From Antedon mediterranea (taxonomy: Eukaryota > Animalia > Echinodermata): DNA of 64,000 nucleotides. Location: positions 9,853,812 through 9,917,811 of the forward strand of contig NC_092675.1 of NCBI RefSeq assembly GCF_964355755.1. The letters run 5' to 3'. Positions 26,138-39,477 of this stretch are shown piece after piece. A model generated the notes under the pieces. That model was not told the DNA's origin, made no database searches, and worked only from the letters and a program-made list of their open reading frames with translations. Each line of letters begins with the position of its first letter. Position 1 is the first letter of the stretch. A program made the position numbers and the translations under genes.

Positions 26138-26439
26138 AGATGTATTCTGCCCCTGACAAAATAATTCTTTCGAAATATGCCATTTTAATGTCAAATAATA
26201 GTTATCCACTTTGACCAAAAATTTGGTCGAAAAAAAAATATTTACGGTACCTGAAAAAAAATGTAATTAAAAAAAAAAATCAAATTAGCCGCCAGCCATT
26301 TACTTTGTCATTTTAATAATTGAAAACATTTTTTTTCTAAGGAAATACTGTTTAACTTTATTAAAACTACAAAATAACCTCATACAAAGTATGATTTAAG
26401 TAATCTTAATTTTTCATATATTTGGTTGACAATACCTCT
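26138..26439. mobile_element. Kolobok-like non-autonomous element
   Basis: TTAA on both flanks; termini AGATGTATT / AATACCTCT. Related pieces at ~16000 and ~30628. Confidence 0.6.
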
Positions 26440-28989
26440 TTAAATTCTAGTATGTGTAAAGAAAGAGAGAGATCAGTGTTAAGGTTCTCCATCAAAAAGG
26501 GTTTTCCATGCTTACTATGCTTTTCACCAGTAGTGTATCAGATTTGTTCAGTGAAGCATGTCTAACCATATATTGTCGAGGTGCGTTAGGGATGTTGATT
26601 TTAATCGTATCCAACAATATAGTCCGTGGACATCTGTATAAATAGCGCAAGAGTTGTGCGCTTAAGCTTATTGGTGATTTCAGCATGAAGTTTTAAATTG
26701 GCACCGAAAGTGTGCAATGTTACACAAGGTGTTAAGACGATTGTTGATTTTAATAAATGACGCATCCATTATGAAATAGAATAGCGAGAGATAAGTATAC
26801 AGTATATTGCAATTTCCGTATGACTCGTCAATACATGCAGATTTCGTCAATCTCCATCCCTTATGAATTACATACATCAATTGATATTGAACTGAGATCC
26901 TAAACTAGGTGAAAAAAGTAATACGTAAAGCAAATCAATTTTAACATTTAACAAAATAGTGATCATATAGGTAGGGGAAAAAACAGTTATATTAAGTAAA
27001 CTGTAGTATATTATATCATAAAAGATGTCTAAAAAAACAAATGTTTTAAAATAATCCGCTGGGATATAAAAACCATAACAATATCATTTTTAGAATATTG
27101 GTAGCAAAGTAGAGCAATGTGATCATTTTGTAACATTATGTAAATGTCAAATGTAGTTTCCTGCCTTTCTACTTATTTATAACTTGATTTACAAAGTAAA
27201 TCTGAGGATTCACATTGCATGCAGATATATTTGAATTAAACTGCATGGTTGAATTATCCCAATTTGCTCAATTCAGTTTGGTAGAGAATCTGTACAGTAG
27301 AACTACCACTGATTTGGGATCCTAATCTATCTGGTGATACTATCCAATGGCACGCAGACTTTCATGAAGTTCACAATAATGTTTGCATTTTCTGAATCTA
27401 ATTTTTTTTTTTGTGGTTTCTACTTCCTGGTTGCCATAGCTTCTATAGTAACTAATTCACCTTGAAACAATATTTATATTAAAGTTGCTATAACGATTAC
27501 TATTAAACATTGAGAAGCTACTTTGGGCATACAGTAGTATAGCGCTCAGCTGACTAAACCATCTAGCATTTCAAAAATTATTTAAAACCATTAAATCGTT
27601 TCGTTTAAAACAATGTGCATAAAAAACCCAAATTAGTACAAAAACACCATAACCTTTTGACCTGCAAAAATATTAGCCTGAAGAATAATTTACTGATTCT
27701 TTAAAAAAATATAATTACCGGTAGAAAGATAAAGCATCATGGGATGTTTGGTAAAGGGGAAAAAGTAGAACTACTTTGTCAAGAGACCGTCTTTTTAATT
27801 ACTTTAATGTTATTTATTGTAAAAAGGTGTACGGTAATTTGGACTTAAAGTTAACCACGGAAAAATTAATAGTTATGATTTAACCAATATGCAAGCTACA
27901 GTATATATTAAAGTGGAATAATAGTTGTGATGGTTTAATGATCAACATTCTCTCCGTTTCCATATATCTGAAATTGTCAAACAAGTACAGTGATGTATTC
28001 ATTTAAGATTATACACCATTAGTGAGCATCATATCTGAAATATCTGTGAGGCCTATTAAGAATCATCCAGTACCTCGCAAAAAATTTACCAAGATGAAGT
28101 TATCTATCTAAAGACTATATTGATGTGATATTAATCCTATTCTGTGACTGCATTTTAATTTTCTGCTTCAATTTAAGCGAACATGGTATCCCTTCGGATA
28201 TTTATTCATATGAAGTGTTTCTGAAGTTGTTTACCGATAGAATTGATTACCAGCTAACTGTATCTTCGGGATTATGTATTATTACAGATGATCGGCAAAG
28301 GGATGATTTACTTTAACAGAAAATGAGTGATAATCAATGACTAGATACGGAAGGGTTTTTATGTTTTTCTTTCTTTCTGCTTCTATAAATAACATAACAA
28401 ACTATTGATCCTAATTACACTGCTATAAATTTACTCTACAGTTATATTATCAACACATTACAGAATACATAATGTAATTATATTATCATCATTTTTGTTT
28501 GTCACCTTTGAAGTAATGCTTGCTTATTTTACATGTCCAATGATGTGATAGATAAAATCCAATTATTTATTGTGTAGCTTTTTTATTAAAATTTTAGAAA
28601 ACATTCCTTATGTGGTTTGGACCTAACTATTAAAGTTGTCCTCTACAGTGGGATATCTTTTCTTAAGATGTTAATGTTATTATTGCAGAAGTTTTCACTG
28701 TTTTTTTATTTAAAAAAAATTTAGATAGAAAAAGTCTTTCAGTAGGGATTATGAAGTTTCTAATTGATTATTCTAAGTAGAGGTTTCAGTGTACATTATA
28801 CAACATTGAATAATATGTTGATGAAACCGATTATCACTCTTTTATAGTTACGTGCTTTTGTGATCAGCATTCCAATATGTGCCGATTTTAAATTGCTGTT
28901 AGGTCATAGCAAATATATATCAACCTATATCTAGAGAACATCACAACAACAACAACATAGTTGAAGAGATGGAATGCTTATATGACATG

Positions 28990-29068
28990 CATGACCCTCC
29001 AGTCACCTCTTTTCTGCTTAAAAAAAGACTTACTTTCTGGATGTGATGATGGGAAAATTTATGTGTGA
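28990..29068 (+). pseudogene. Possible decayed WD40-repeat fragment
   Basis: HDPPVTSFLLKK, then a frameshift in an A run, then DLLSGCDDGKIYV* with TGA where W is expected. Confidence 0.35.
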
Positions 29069-29222
29069 ATGCCACAGAATAAAACGAGCATGTTTGCAGT
29101 AATGTGTGTACTTAAATAGTTTGTACATTTATATTGATGATTCAATGTTAAGTGTACAGTATGATGTGACTACATAAATTATGCAACTTAAACTCATCCA
29201 TAATTCTATGGTATATGCTGTA

Positions 29223-29465
29223 GAGAATTTAACAGTATGTTAAATTTAAGTTTGTGAACATCTCTAAATTCTTAGCGAATGTTATATAATTAATCAATAT
29301 TTAGCAGTCATTAACTTAATGTTTTAGATTAAACAATTTGTATTAAAAAAGGTGTATAAATGAGGAGAATTTAACAAATTATGTGAACATCTCTAATTCT
29401 TAGCGAATGTTATATAATTAAGCAATATTTATCAGTCATTAAATTAATGTTAAGATTCAACAATT
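29223..29465. repeat. Imperfect tandem duplication (two ~100-140-bp copies)
   Basis: GAGAATTTAACA...GTGAACATCTCTAA...CTTAGCGAATGTTATATAATTAA occurs twice. Confidence 0.75.
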
Positions 29466-30198
29466 CTGAATTAATATATATTATTCAGGGCTGGTTTATG
29501 TGCATTACCAATAACAGTATTCACAATGTATATTAAAAGAACAAACAAAAGGTATTGCATTGCTGAAAAACTCAACAGTATTGAACAATCTATTATTTAG
29601 TGTACACTGTATAAGATAGATTCAGTATTAGATTTGGTTATTTTCATCTACTGCCCAAAAATACTGTACCAATTTTAAAATAATGTATTGATTATACTGT
29701 AAGGTATGTGAAGTAGAAATCAGCTTTAAACTGTGGATAATAAAGTGTGATGTTTTTCCCTTACTGGTCAGTGAAGATTTATTGACTTTTACCAAGGGTT
29801 ATAATGTCAACAACTTAGCAAAAACAAGAGTAAATATTATGTTATACAAGGGAAGATTTCTGTTAGGAAAAACTAGTCGTCCCATATAGATGTCTGTGTG
29901 CTATATGCAAACAGCTTACCTGATAAAATAACTTGTTTGTTGACTCTAGTCTATAGTTCATTCATTGAAACAAAACATAATTGGTTATTCTGATCATAGA
30001 TGGCATCTGTTTTGCAGTGTAGTCCCTTTCAGTAATAATTCAAGCACTGAATTTTTATTCCATGGAAATGTTGGAAAATAACTTTAATGTGAGTCAGATA
30101 ACACCATACAGTACCTTGATAGTTACCCGGTTCCTGGGTTCTCCAAGTGTACATGTCATAAGCAAGATATTCAGACTCAGTACATGAAAACTGGACTT

Positions 30199-30271
30199 TT
30201 TCACCAACCGTACTAGGCTGTGGTACCCCTTCCCTTTCACCAACCGTACTAGGCTGTGGTACCCCTTCCCT
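30199..30271. repeat. 36-bp tandem duplication
   Basis: TCACCAACCGTACTAGGCTGTGGTACCCCTTCCCT x2. Confidence 0.9.
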
Positions 30272-31014
30272 ATCGCACAACTGACTTGTTTCTATAAGTA
30301 TCATACAATTGCAATGATTATTAATGTTGTGAGCATACCTAAACTCATTATGTATAATAGACTGTACTTCACATTAATTGTTAATGTTTTGTATGGAGAT
30401 GATTCTCTGTTAGTGTCAAATTGCACGCTTACATGCATAATTACATATTTCCAAATCAATTGGATTATTCGTAACAAAGGAATATTAAAATAATGCTGAA
30501 TTAAAGACTTAAAAACAGCTTTGAAAGAAAATGAAAATATAATTAGTCATTAGTACAAATAATTATTTGTGATATTTTAACAATATAAAGGAAATTACAG
30601 TTATATTAAAGACAAACCTCCAAAATTTAAAGATGTATTATCCTCTAAAACATGGGAAATGTTGAGATAAATAAAATATGACTTTTTATAAGCCATTTTG
30701 CTGTTTTATAATAAACGTTGAAGAAAAAAAAGAAGGAATAATGATTTGGTTTTAGAATGTAGTATTTTATAATTATAGTAATTAGTGTAATAATTATACA
30801 AGTGTCTGTCTTTTAACATAATTGTGTTGAATGCACTGTATATAATCATTCATTGTTGTTCCAAAACTAAATTTATTATTGCCCATGAAAATAAAAAATT
30901 GTGGTGTTTTATAGATTTTTTTTTTACTGAATGATTTAAGAGGCGATTAACTGTGCAGGGCATAGTGGGTTCAAGATTGTATTCAACATTCTGTCTGGAT
31001 AGCTTCTTTTATTG

Positions 31015-31754
31015 GGGTATTGCTAAACACCGCAAACCCCGCAAACCCCCGCAAACCTCCAAAAAAACATAGCAAACCCCATCGAACCAACATGAAAGTG
31101 ATTGAATCATGTAGTGTACAACCCACTGGGTATATCCATGTAAAAAAAAAATTAAATTTCTACTGTTAACAATTTATTTTTGGGGTAAAACATCATTTTT
31201 TGGTCAAAAATGATTGCTAAACCCCGCAAACCTCCAAAAAAATATAGCAAACCCCACCGAACCAACATAAAAGTGATTGAATCATGTAGTGTACAACCCA
31301 CTGGGTATATCCATGTATAAAAAATATTAAATTTCTACTGTTAACTATTTATTTTTGGGGTAAAACATCATTTTTTGGTCAAAAATGATTGCTAATTTTT
31401 AACCAAAAAATGATGTTTTATCCGCAAAAAAGTAGTTAACAGTAGAAATTTAATATTTATATACCGAGTGGGTCGTACACTACATTATTCAATCACTTTA
31501 ATGTTGGTTCGGTGGGGTTTGCTATGGTTTTTTGGAGGTTTGCGGGGTTTAACAATCATTTTTGACCAAAAAATGATGTTTTACCCCAAAAATAAGTTGT
31601 TAACAGTAGAAATTTAATTTTTTTTTTACATTGATATACCCAGTGGGTTGTACACTACATGATTCAATCACTTTTATGTTGGTTCGGTGGGGTTTGCTAT
31701 GTTTTTTTGGAGGTTTGCGGGGGTTTGCGGGGTTTGCGGTGTTTAGCAATACCC
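31015..31754. mobile_element. Mutator-like foldback (palindromic) element
   Basis: GGGTATTGCTAAACACCGCAAACCCCGC... mirrored at the right end. 9-bp TSD CTTTTATTG at 31006-31014 and 31755-31763. Each arm holds two ~180-bp units. Confidence 0.9.
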
Positions 31755-32220
31755 CTTTTATTGGCTTAGTGTATGTCAAGTTACATTCACGACTCTCAGA
31801 CACAATTGTTTTGTTGTCGGTACAACAAAGTTTTATAATGCTTGGTGTGGGTGAGTAAATGCATGAGTATGTACCCTATTATCTTGAAGAATGGAACATT
31901 CTATAGGTGCCTATTCATTATTATGTTTTTTGTTTGTTTACCATAATTGCTTTCCAGCTTTCAGAGGAAATGGTAGATTATACATTTATTTATTCAAATT
32001 GAAACATAAGTATTAAAACATAGCAACAAAAATGCTGAATTGAGTTCTAATTTACATGAGGTAAATACAATACATCAAATATTAATATATATTATTATTG
32101 TTTATTGAATTTTGTATATATATTGAGTTGCCACAGGAATAATGATACTAAAATAATTCATCTTTTAACAGAAACTCACATAACAAGGAAAAGGAAAATA
32201 TAAGTCAAACCGAATAAGTA

Positions 32221-33570
32221 TCTATATTATAAGTGAGAGAGTTTGTCTGTCTGTCTGTTTGTTTGTTCGTTATACAAAATTTTGTTACTGCACATAATCT
32301 TACATATGGGGTATCAAAATGACCGCAATTGTACCGGGAATGTTCTAAGCTATATTTCAACATCATCCGCCACCTAGGATCCAAGTTAGGGACCAAAATG
32401 TGGTCAAACTCCCCACTTTTGATGTTTGTTCGTTATACAAATTCCTGTTTCTGTACGTAACCATACGTATGGGGTATCAAAATGATGGCAATTGTACCCG
32501 GAAGGTTTTAAACTACATTTAACAAAATTCCCCCGACTCCTGCGGTTTTTGTAGGAGGGGTGGGGGCGGGGGGTGGTGTGGTGGTTTGTGATGTCATTTT
32601 TTGCTAGGGCTCGGGGCTGTAGGCTATCGAATTGTAAAATTATACTACAAAAGTTTTACAGTATTTGAATTATCCTCAGCAAGGCGTTTGGGGAAATATA
32701 GATATAGATATTTTATTCATTAACCAATATGACACCTATTCAATTACACATTTAGCAAAGTACTTTTACCATTATCCAGCTATGTATCGGTCTCTTGGAT
32801 TGTCTCATTACAGACCCAGTGGGGTTGGGAGATAGGGTTTGGGAGTTTGGGTTCAGGGGATAGTGGGGATTTTGATTGCTTACACCAGAATTGTGGTTGG
32901 AAAATGTTAAAGTATTTAATCATCCCTGGGAAGCGGATGGGAGTTTGGGGTGGGGATGTAGGCCTATCACAATGACCGAAACTGTATTTGGAATGTTTTA
33001 AACTACATTTGAAAACTGCCACTGAGGGATTATGGGTTGGGAGTGATAATAACATAATCTGTTCTGGAACCGGCTTCCACACATCACCCAGTGTATCTGG
33101 GGTGTGTTTGTAGGGGGAGGAGGAGCGAAAATACTAGCGTAATGAAGTAGCCTATATGATTGGATTGTACTAGGAAAAGTTACTAAATTTGAACTGTCCA
33201 GGGGAGGAGTTAAGGTTTGTTGATGGTGGCTGGGGTGCTGAAAGGAGAAAGAAGGCTGGGGGACCGCAGTATCTAAATTACATATTTTAATTATCAACCA
33301 ATATGACACCTATTTATTTACACAATTTACAACGTACTTCAACCATTATTAGACCCATCGTAGCTATGCATACTCCTCTCAATTCGAAGCTTAGGTTAAA
33401 ATTGAATTTGTCCATCACTGGGAAGAATTTGTTTTTAAGAAAGAGTATGGGGTGTTATTGAAGAGGGGTGGAGGTTGGTGAGTATAGACAGATACGGCCG
33501 TCGGTTGTTATGTACTGAGAAGGCTGTAAACTAATTTTGAAACCCGCCCTGGGGCGGGTATAATTGCTAG
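32221..33570 (+). mobile_element. Canonical non-autonomous Helitron
   Basis: A|TC 5' end with GTCT/GTTT microsatellite; 3' hairpin CCCGCCC-TG-GGGCGGG; ends CTAG|T; no TSD. Confidence 0.85.
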
Positions 33571-33580
33571 TATTATATAT

Positions 33581-33804
33581 TCCTGTCCACCCAGGCAGCA
33601 CTTGCCAGCTTTATACTATGACGTTATCCAAATTCCTTCACTTGCACTGATGAAGGGCTAGTGTTGCCCGAAAGCTCTGCTAACTTTTCTGGCTGTTTAC
33701 TTTATCGTTTTGATTTAGCTTTTCGCTTTTTATTTTTGTATCTCCATTGAGATCCAGCCACTGATACCCACAGCATTGTCATTTTTTCAGTAATTTGCCT
33801 TTGG

Positions 33805-33808
<4 letters not shown>
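33581..33808 (+). mobile_element. Penelope-like pseudo-LTR / retrozyme-like unit between TA tracts
   Basis: Contains a hammerhead core, ends in (TA)n, and has a partial second copy at 22211-22327. Confidence 0.65.
33644..33680 (+). ncRNA. Minimal type I hammerhead ribozyme
   Basis: GCA-CTGATGA-A-GGGC-TAGTGTT-GCCC-GAAA-GCTC-TGC: stem I GCA/TGC, stem II GGGC/GCCC, palindromic minimal stem III (AGCT). Confidence 0.8.
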
Positions 33809-33848
<40 letters not shown>

Positions 33849-33859
33849 TAGGCAAATAT

Positions 33860-34062
33860 AAATACAACAGGCAAAGAACATTAATTTGAAACGATAGGAT
33901 GAGTAAATCTGTGAGAAAAAGTCGCCCCAACCGAGACTCAAACCCGGAACCTTCTGCTTTATATGCAGATGTCCTAACCATTAAACCACTGGGGCTTTCA
34001 TGGTATATTTCAAATCCGATTTGATAGCGACTCTTTAAAATTCTCGGCGTGGTACAGCGGAA
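33860..34062 (-). mobile_element. tRNA-containing dispersed element in (TA)n, copy 2 (tRNA-like body 33923-33995)
   Basis: Reverse complement aligns with 2223-2465. Anticodon loop ATATAAA; T loop mutated (TTTGAGT). Confidence 0.75.
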
Positions 34063-34569
34063 ATATATACTGTATATGTATATTATATTATTAATTATTA
34101 AATATAAATTATGACATCATGTTCAGAATATAGGTACAGTACATAGAAAGATCAATTGCGAGGTTACAGTTAATTTTTATACATTTTTTACTTTTTTTAT
34201 TATTAAACTAGTTCATTCTTTTACAAAATAATTTAATATAATATACAATATCATATAGTATAGTTGTTCATATTTCATTTAAATAGTTTTGGTGCAGTGG
34301 TTGATATTGTATAAAATATAGTAGTAGTATAGTATACAATTTGCAAAACAGGTACATGTAAATCAATTCAATTCTCAAAATTAAACTTTAAAATAGGTTA
34401 TTACTAAACTTCAATTTTTTTTTTTTTAATTTTTTTTTTATTTGGTAATTCTTTTAAATCTAAACATACATCCTTATATTGAAATTCATTCATACTTACT
34501 GAAATTGAATTTCCAGAACTATATTTCTGTTTTATCAATTAATAGATTTTATAGGAATCAGCAAAAATA

Positions 34570-35379
34570 GGCCCTGTTTCTGCTGCCAACTAAATACCGT
34601 ATATTATACGGTATTTTTTGAATACCGTATATATACGGTATATTTTTGGCAGCAGAAACTGCGCTCATAAAAAATATACCGTATTTTGTATACCGTATTT
34701 TCCCCACAAAATTTGTGGATAAAATACGGTATTTACAAATTTATACCGTATTTTTTGTACCCGTTTCTGCTGCCAATAAAAAATACCGTTTTTTTTTTTA
34801 CATGACAAAAGGTCAACATTCGTGTTTTTATTTTCTGTCGCTGTCAGATGTTTTACACACGTGTAGATATATATTCGGCAAAAATGTGGAGCGAAGACGT
34901 CACAGTTTTACTAAATAAATTTGTGTGGGGAAGCTAAAATGTCTGGCCAACTAAAAGGTAATAAAAGGGACAATCACATTTATAAAGACATTTCTAAAAA
35001 AATAAAGCAGGAGTATGGAATAGACTTGTCTCCAAAGCAAGTAAACTCAAAGCTGAAGAGCCTGCGAAAGCAGTACAACATTGCAAAATACAATAACTCG
35101 GGGAGGGAACGAATTAGTTGTCCCCATTACGATGTTTTCTGTGCTCTCACAACATCTCTATCACTAGGGCTAGGCTGTTGAAAGTGAGACGTAAAACTTC
35201 CTTTAATTATCGATCAAATAAATGAATGGCAATTTGGGTAAAAAAGATGAAATTTAACACGACCACCCAAGAAGTATTGTTAGCAGAAACGGGGTACTAA
35301 AAAATACGGTATAAAAAATACCGTATTTTATACCGTATTTTTATACCGTATTTTGAGCAGTTGCAGCAGAAACAGGCCC
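34570..35379 (+). mobile_element. Harbinger-like Myb/SANT derivative, copy 2
   Basis: Same TIRs; 3-bp TSD ATA/ATA. Confidence 0.88.
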
Positions 35380-35569
35380 ATAGAAGGGATGAAACTAAAC
35401 TAAAAGTGATTGGGCTGTAACATAATATGTATTGAAATCAATAAAACAATTTAAATGTTTTAATTTTTAAGTAACTTAACTTTAGTTATTCCAAATTTGT
35501 TTAGATATATCACAACTCTGTTCATGTTTCCAACACAACATTCCAAAGATAGTTTGTTTACTTGTTTAC

Positions 35570-35740
35570 TACTGCATATAGTTTTAATGTATTATATTGA
35601 TATTTTTAATGTTTTATATATTGTATGTGTTTTTAAGCATCAAGGAAACCAATTTCATGTTCTCCTTGTTGTGTTCATGACAATAAAGATTTATCTTATC
35701 TTATCTTATCTTATTTTATATTATCTTATCTTATCTTATT
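35570..35740 (+). mobile_element. Probable LINE 3' end with (TCTTA)n tail
   Basis: ...CAATTTCATG...CATGACAATAAAG followed by TCTTA repeats. Confidence 0.5.
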
Positions 35741-38700
35741 TAACAAATTTAATATACAGTAAAATAATGATATTTTTCACACGATTTTGCATTGTTTAGG
35801 AAATTATCCCAATTGACAATATTGAGAAATGCAATAACAAAATTGTGTTTACCATGTTGAAATGTGATGTGACGTTATAATAACAATAATTTAAACCGTT
35901 TCAGCAGGCAAGGTATTCTGAACAGTTTAATTCAAGCTTGCTATGTTTACAGTGATCAATAAATAAGTTGTTCCAATCTCATATAAAAAGAAAGTCATAC
36001 ATCTCGTCTACTTGATACCAAAATAAATTTGAGAAAAACATGCTTCAACATTCAGTTGATATAGTCACATATTATATGTGACTATATACCTATATTATAC
36101 CTATGTGTATCTATGTATCACCCAAATTGTTATCGTAGAGGCAGGATTTTCACATCAGGGGAGATTCTTTATTTTGTTTTTTTTAAGTCACATAGACTTA
36201 ACAAAAAATGTCTAGATATATGGTACAAAATTATTTGTTCTTTTATGACAACTTACTAATAATAAATGCACATTTGTGGTTTAATGCTATTTGTACCAAT
36301 AGCCTAAATCTTTCAATAATGTTAAATTATGTTAATTGAAAATAGTGATACTTTTGATTGCATGTACTGTTGTTGTTTTTAAACAATTGATCAGGCAGCT
36401 TTTAGTCTGGTCACTTCGTTGAGTATTGTTAATAACATGTTTGTTTTTAAGTGTTTATGACCAGTAGATAAACTGTCATGAACAATATTCTCAATTATTC
36501 TAAATATATTCATTCCTTCATTGTATTTTGGGAGAAGCGTGTCCAACTAAGCTTAGTGTAGATTATAAGAGATTTTACTTTAATTGTGTTTAATTCATCC
36601 AGTTTTAGAAAGGCCAAAAATTGCTGAAGCTTTCCAAGTGCTTAATTTTATCTGTTTTTTTTTTAATTCTTTGAAGATACTATGTTTTTGCTGTTTTCTC
36701 TATAATATAGTATAAAGATTGTTGAAAATACTTTTTGTGCACAGATAAATAACACCTTGCACATTTCTGGAAAAGTAATTTAGTTTCATATGCATGGTAT
36801 TTGCAATTCTGAAGTTTACAAAAATATTTTAGCAAGAATGCTAACAAAATATTATTCCAAAATGATGAATGTGTACACCTTATGAATATAAACCAATCAA
36901 CAGAGAACAACTTTAATACATTAGTTATCATATCTATCTGTATATTTTTCGAATGCCGAATTCAGTGTATTAACATGCATTTATGTTAAACGGCTGAGAA
37001 GCTGCGATAAAGGCTTATTTGACCCATCAATTATTGTAAATATATTAGGCTTCAGTACATGATATTTATTAGGATATAAGCCTCACTGATAAAATTTGTT
37101 TGCTATAATGTATGTAAATGCAAAGCATATGCATGAGTGTTGTATAATAATAAAACCCAATGTATTTTATAAATTGACTGTCTTTTAAATAGAAATTAAA
37201 CATTATTTGTACCTTCCTGATATTTTAGATTATACCTAATTTTCAAGGTATTGTTTAAATGCTACTAATGTGGAAGGCAAGTAAACAAACAACAATGAAG
37301 TTTGATTTAATACTTTTGGGTTAAAGAGCAAATCAAGAATAGTAGAACAAGTGAAACAAAAAGAAAGTAAAGTAAAAAAAAAAAACAGGAAGATTTAATA
37401 AATAAAATCATCTCCAATTCACTATTTTAAAATAGATTCTTTGCAGGACATTAGGATGACCTGTTTTAAAACCTTCACATTTTAATCTGGTCCTGAATGA
37501 AAATGGGGCACAAAGATTTTAGGGTTCGGGGAGCAGACAGTCTAGGTAAATAACATCAACAGAACAACAGATAGTAATTTAAAATAAATTGTACAAAAGA
37601 AGTCATGCTGTATGGCTTATTATTGTGTAAAGTTCCAAGGTCAAAAAATAAGAGAAAATACTTGAAAAATCAGAATACCTTTTGTATATGACCAGCAGTG
37701 GTTTGTGTCAATGATCGATAGTGGAATTCAAGCACAATAGTTACAAATACTTTATACAATACACTGTGTATTAAACATTATTCGGGTCAGTATAAGCCCT
37801 ATCTATTCTAGGTCAGAACAACTATGTTTTGAGAAAAACAAGTTTGTTTTGCAAGTACAGCAGAAATTAGGGAAATTACAAATATTTTTCATTCACTATA
37901 TAATAAAAAAAGGAAATTCGTCTATTGTACTTTTAAAGTGGATATAAGCCTTAGTTTGTATGTTTAAACACAGACAAAAAATATCGACCAAACATTTTAA
38001 ATTTGTAAAGTTATTATAGTATTAGAATCAAATAGATCAAAGTGTAACATTCTCAATGAGTTGTGCCTCTTTAATTTGGAGTTACCTTGCTTATTTTAAA
38101 CTATAAATGAGCGGCAAGGAATACAATTAAAACAATAGGCATTAATGTTTCTTACTACTACAAAAATGTTACTTGTATCTGTTAAAATAATATAATTGTT
38201 CTTCAGTAGGCCAAATAATGTAAAAACTAAAAATTTAAAATTTTTGTTTTCAATAGATTCTATAGTAACTTATGCAACAAAAAATAAAAATGATTAAGAT
38301 GTTATATTCTCTCAAGACTAGAGAAGAAAAGTCAAAATAGCATATTTGTTGGATGATTTTAAGTGATGATTAATGGCATCCTCCCTCTGTGGTTAGCCAC
38401 CCAAGCAATTTCATCATGATGATGATTTTCAAAGCTGGTACTTAAGTAAACTTCTTAGCAATGTAATGCTATCATACACTGTAGTTGTGAAACACAGATG
38501 ACATCAAGCCCTAGGGATATAAAGACAGGTGCATATTTTATTTACGTAATCATGATATTTGTGTATGACTAATAAACCTGATGTTTTCAACATTTTTTAT
38601 TTTAATCAGAGAATAAAAAATAAATAAACAAATATTACTTATATAAAATACCCTGTTATAAATAATAACAATAATAATAATAAAATTAATCATAATAGAG

Positions 38701-38971
38701 TAAATACTGTATTACTAATTAATTTAAGATATATTTTAAAAAGCAATTCACAATTATAAAAATATCTAACCATTTAGTCATTAAATTGAAAAAATATATA
38801 TGAAGATAGAAATTAGATTTAGATATATAAAAATGTGCTCCTTTCCTAAATGAATAACCCAATATATATAATCAATCAATAGGTTATTTGGAATTTGTGA
38901 ATTGCTAAGTACAGTAGAACTCCTCCTATTTAAGAGGCACTTTCTCATGAAACGAATGAGTGTTAATATCT

Positions 38972-39080
38972 ACGGCCAACCCCTGATTCACGGCCAACCC
39001 CTGATTCACGGCCAACCCCTGATTCACGGCCAACCCCTGATTCACGGCCAACCCCTGATTCACGGCCAACCCCTGATTCA
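38972..39080. repeat. 18-bp minisatellite x6
   Basis: (CACGGCCAACCCCTGATT)n. Confidence 0.95.
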
Positions 39081-39477
39081 TGACTGTTTGGTTCCAAAAG
39101 TATAGTATACTGTATGAAGCAACTATAAATTGTCATGATTAAAGTATTGTTTGTTAAAATGTTTAAAATGAGCATGTTTAGATACTATTTAGTGTAGGTG
39201 TGTTAATGTTTGTGGGGATTGAGAGAAAGGTGCTGTAGAAAAACAGGATATTGCACAATACATTGAATTAAAAGCCTTGGAAAAATTGTTTACTAAAGAC
39301 CAATTAAATGTAAGTTAAATGAACTTCAGTAACTCAAAAATGTGATGACTCATCGGTTACAAAAAAGAAGTTGCTTATTTTTTATTTATTTATTAATATG
39401 TATAAATTTACAGCCATATAGAAACTTTATCCTTGTGTATTTGATGTTATGGTACTGGTGGTAATAAGGTTGAGAAT

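Noticed and set aside
26470-26880. LINE-like or coding fragment (ORFs 26492-26686 and 26680-26880)
   Set aside because: No recognisable domain motif in the frames examined.
38902-39175. ORFs with GQPLIH / ESGVGR repeats
   Set aside because: They are translations of an 18-bp minisatellite, with no splice or homology support.
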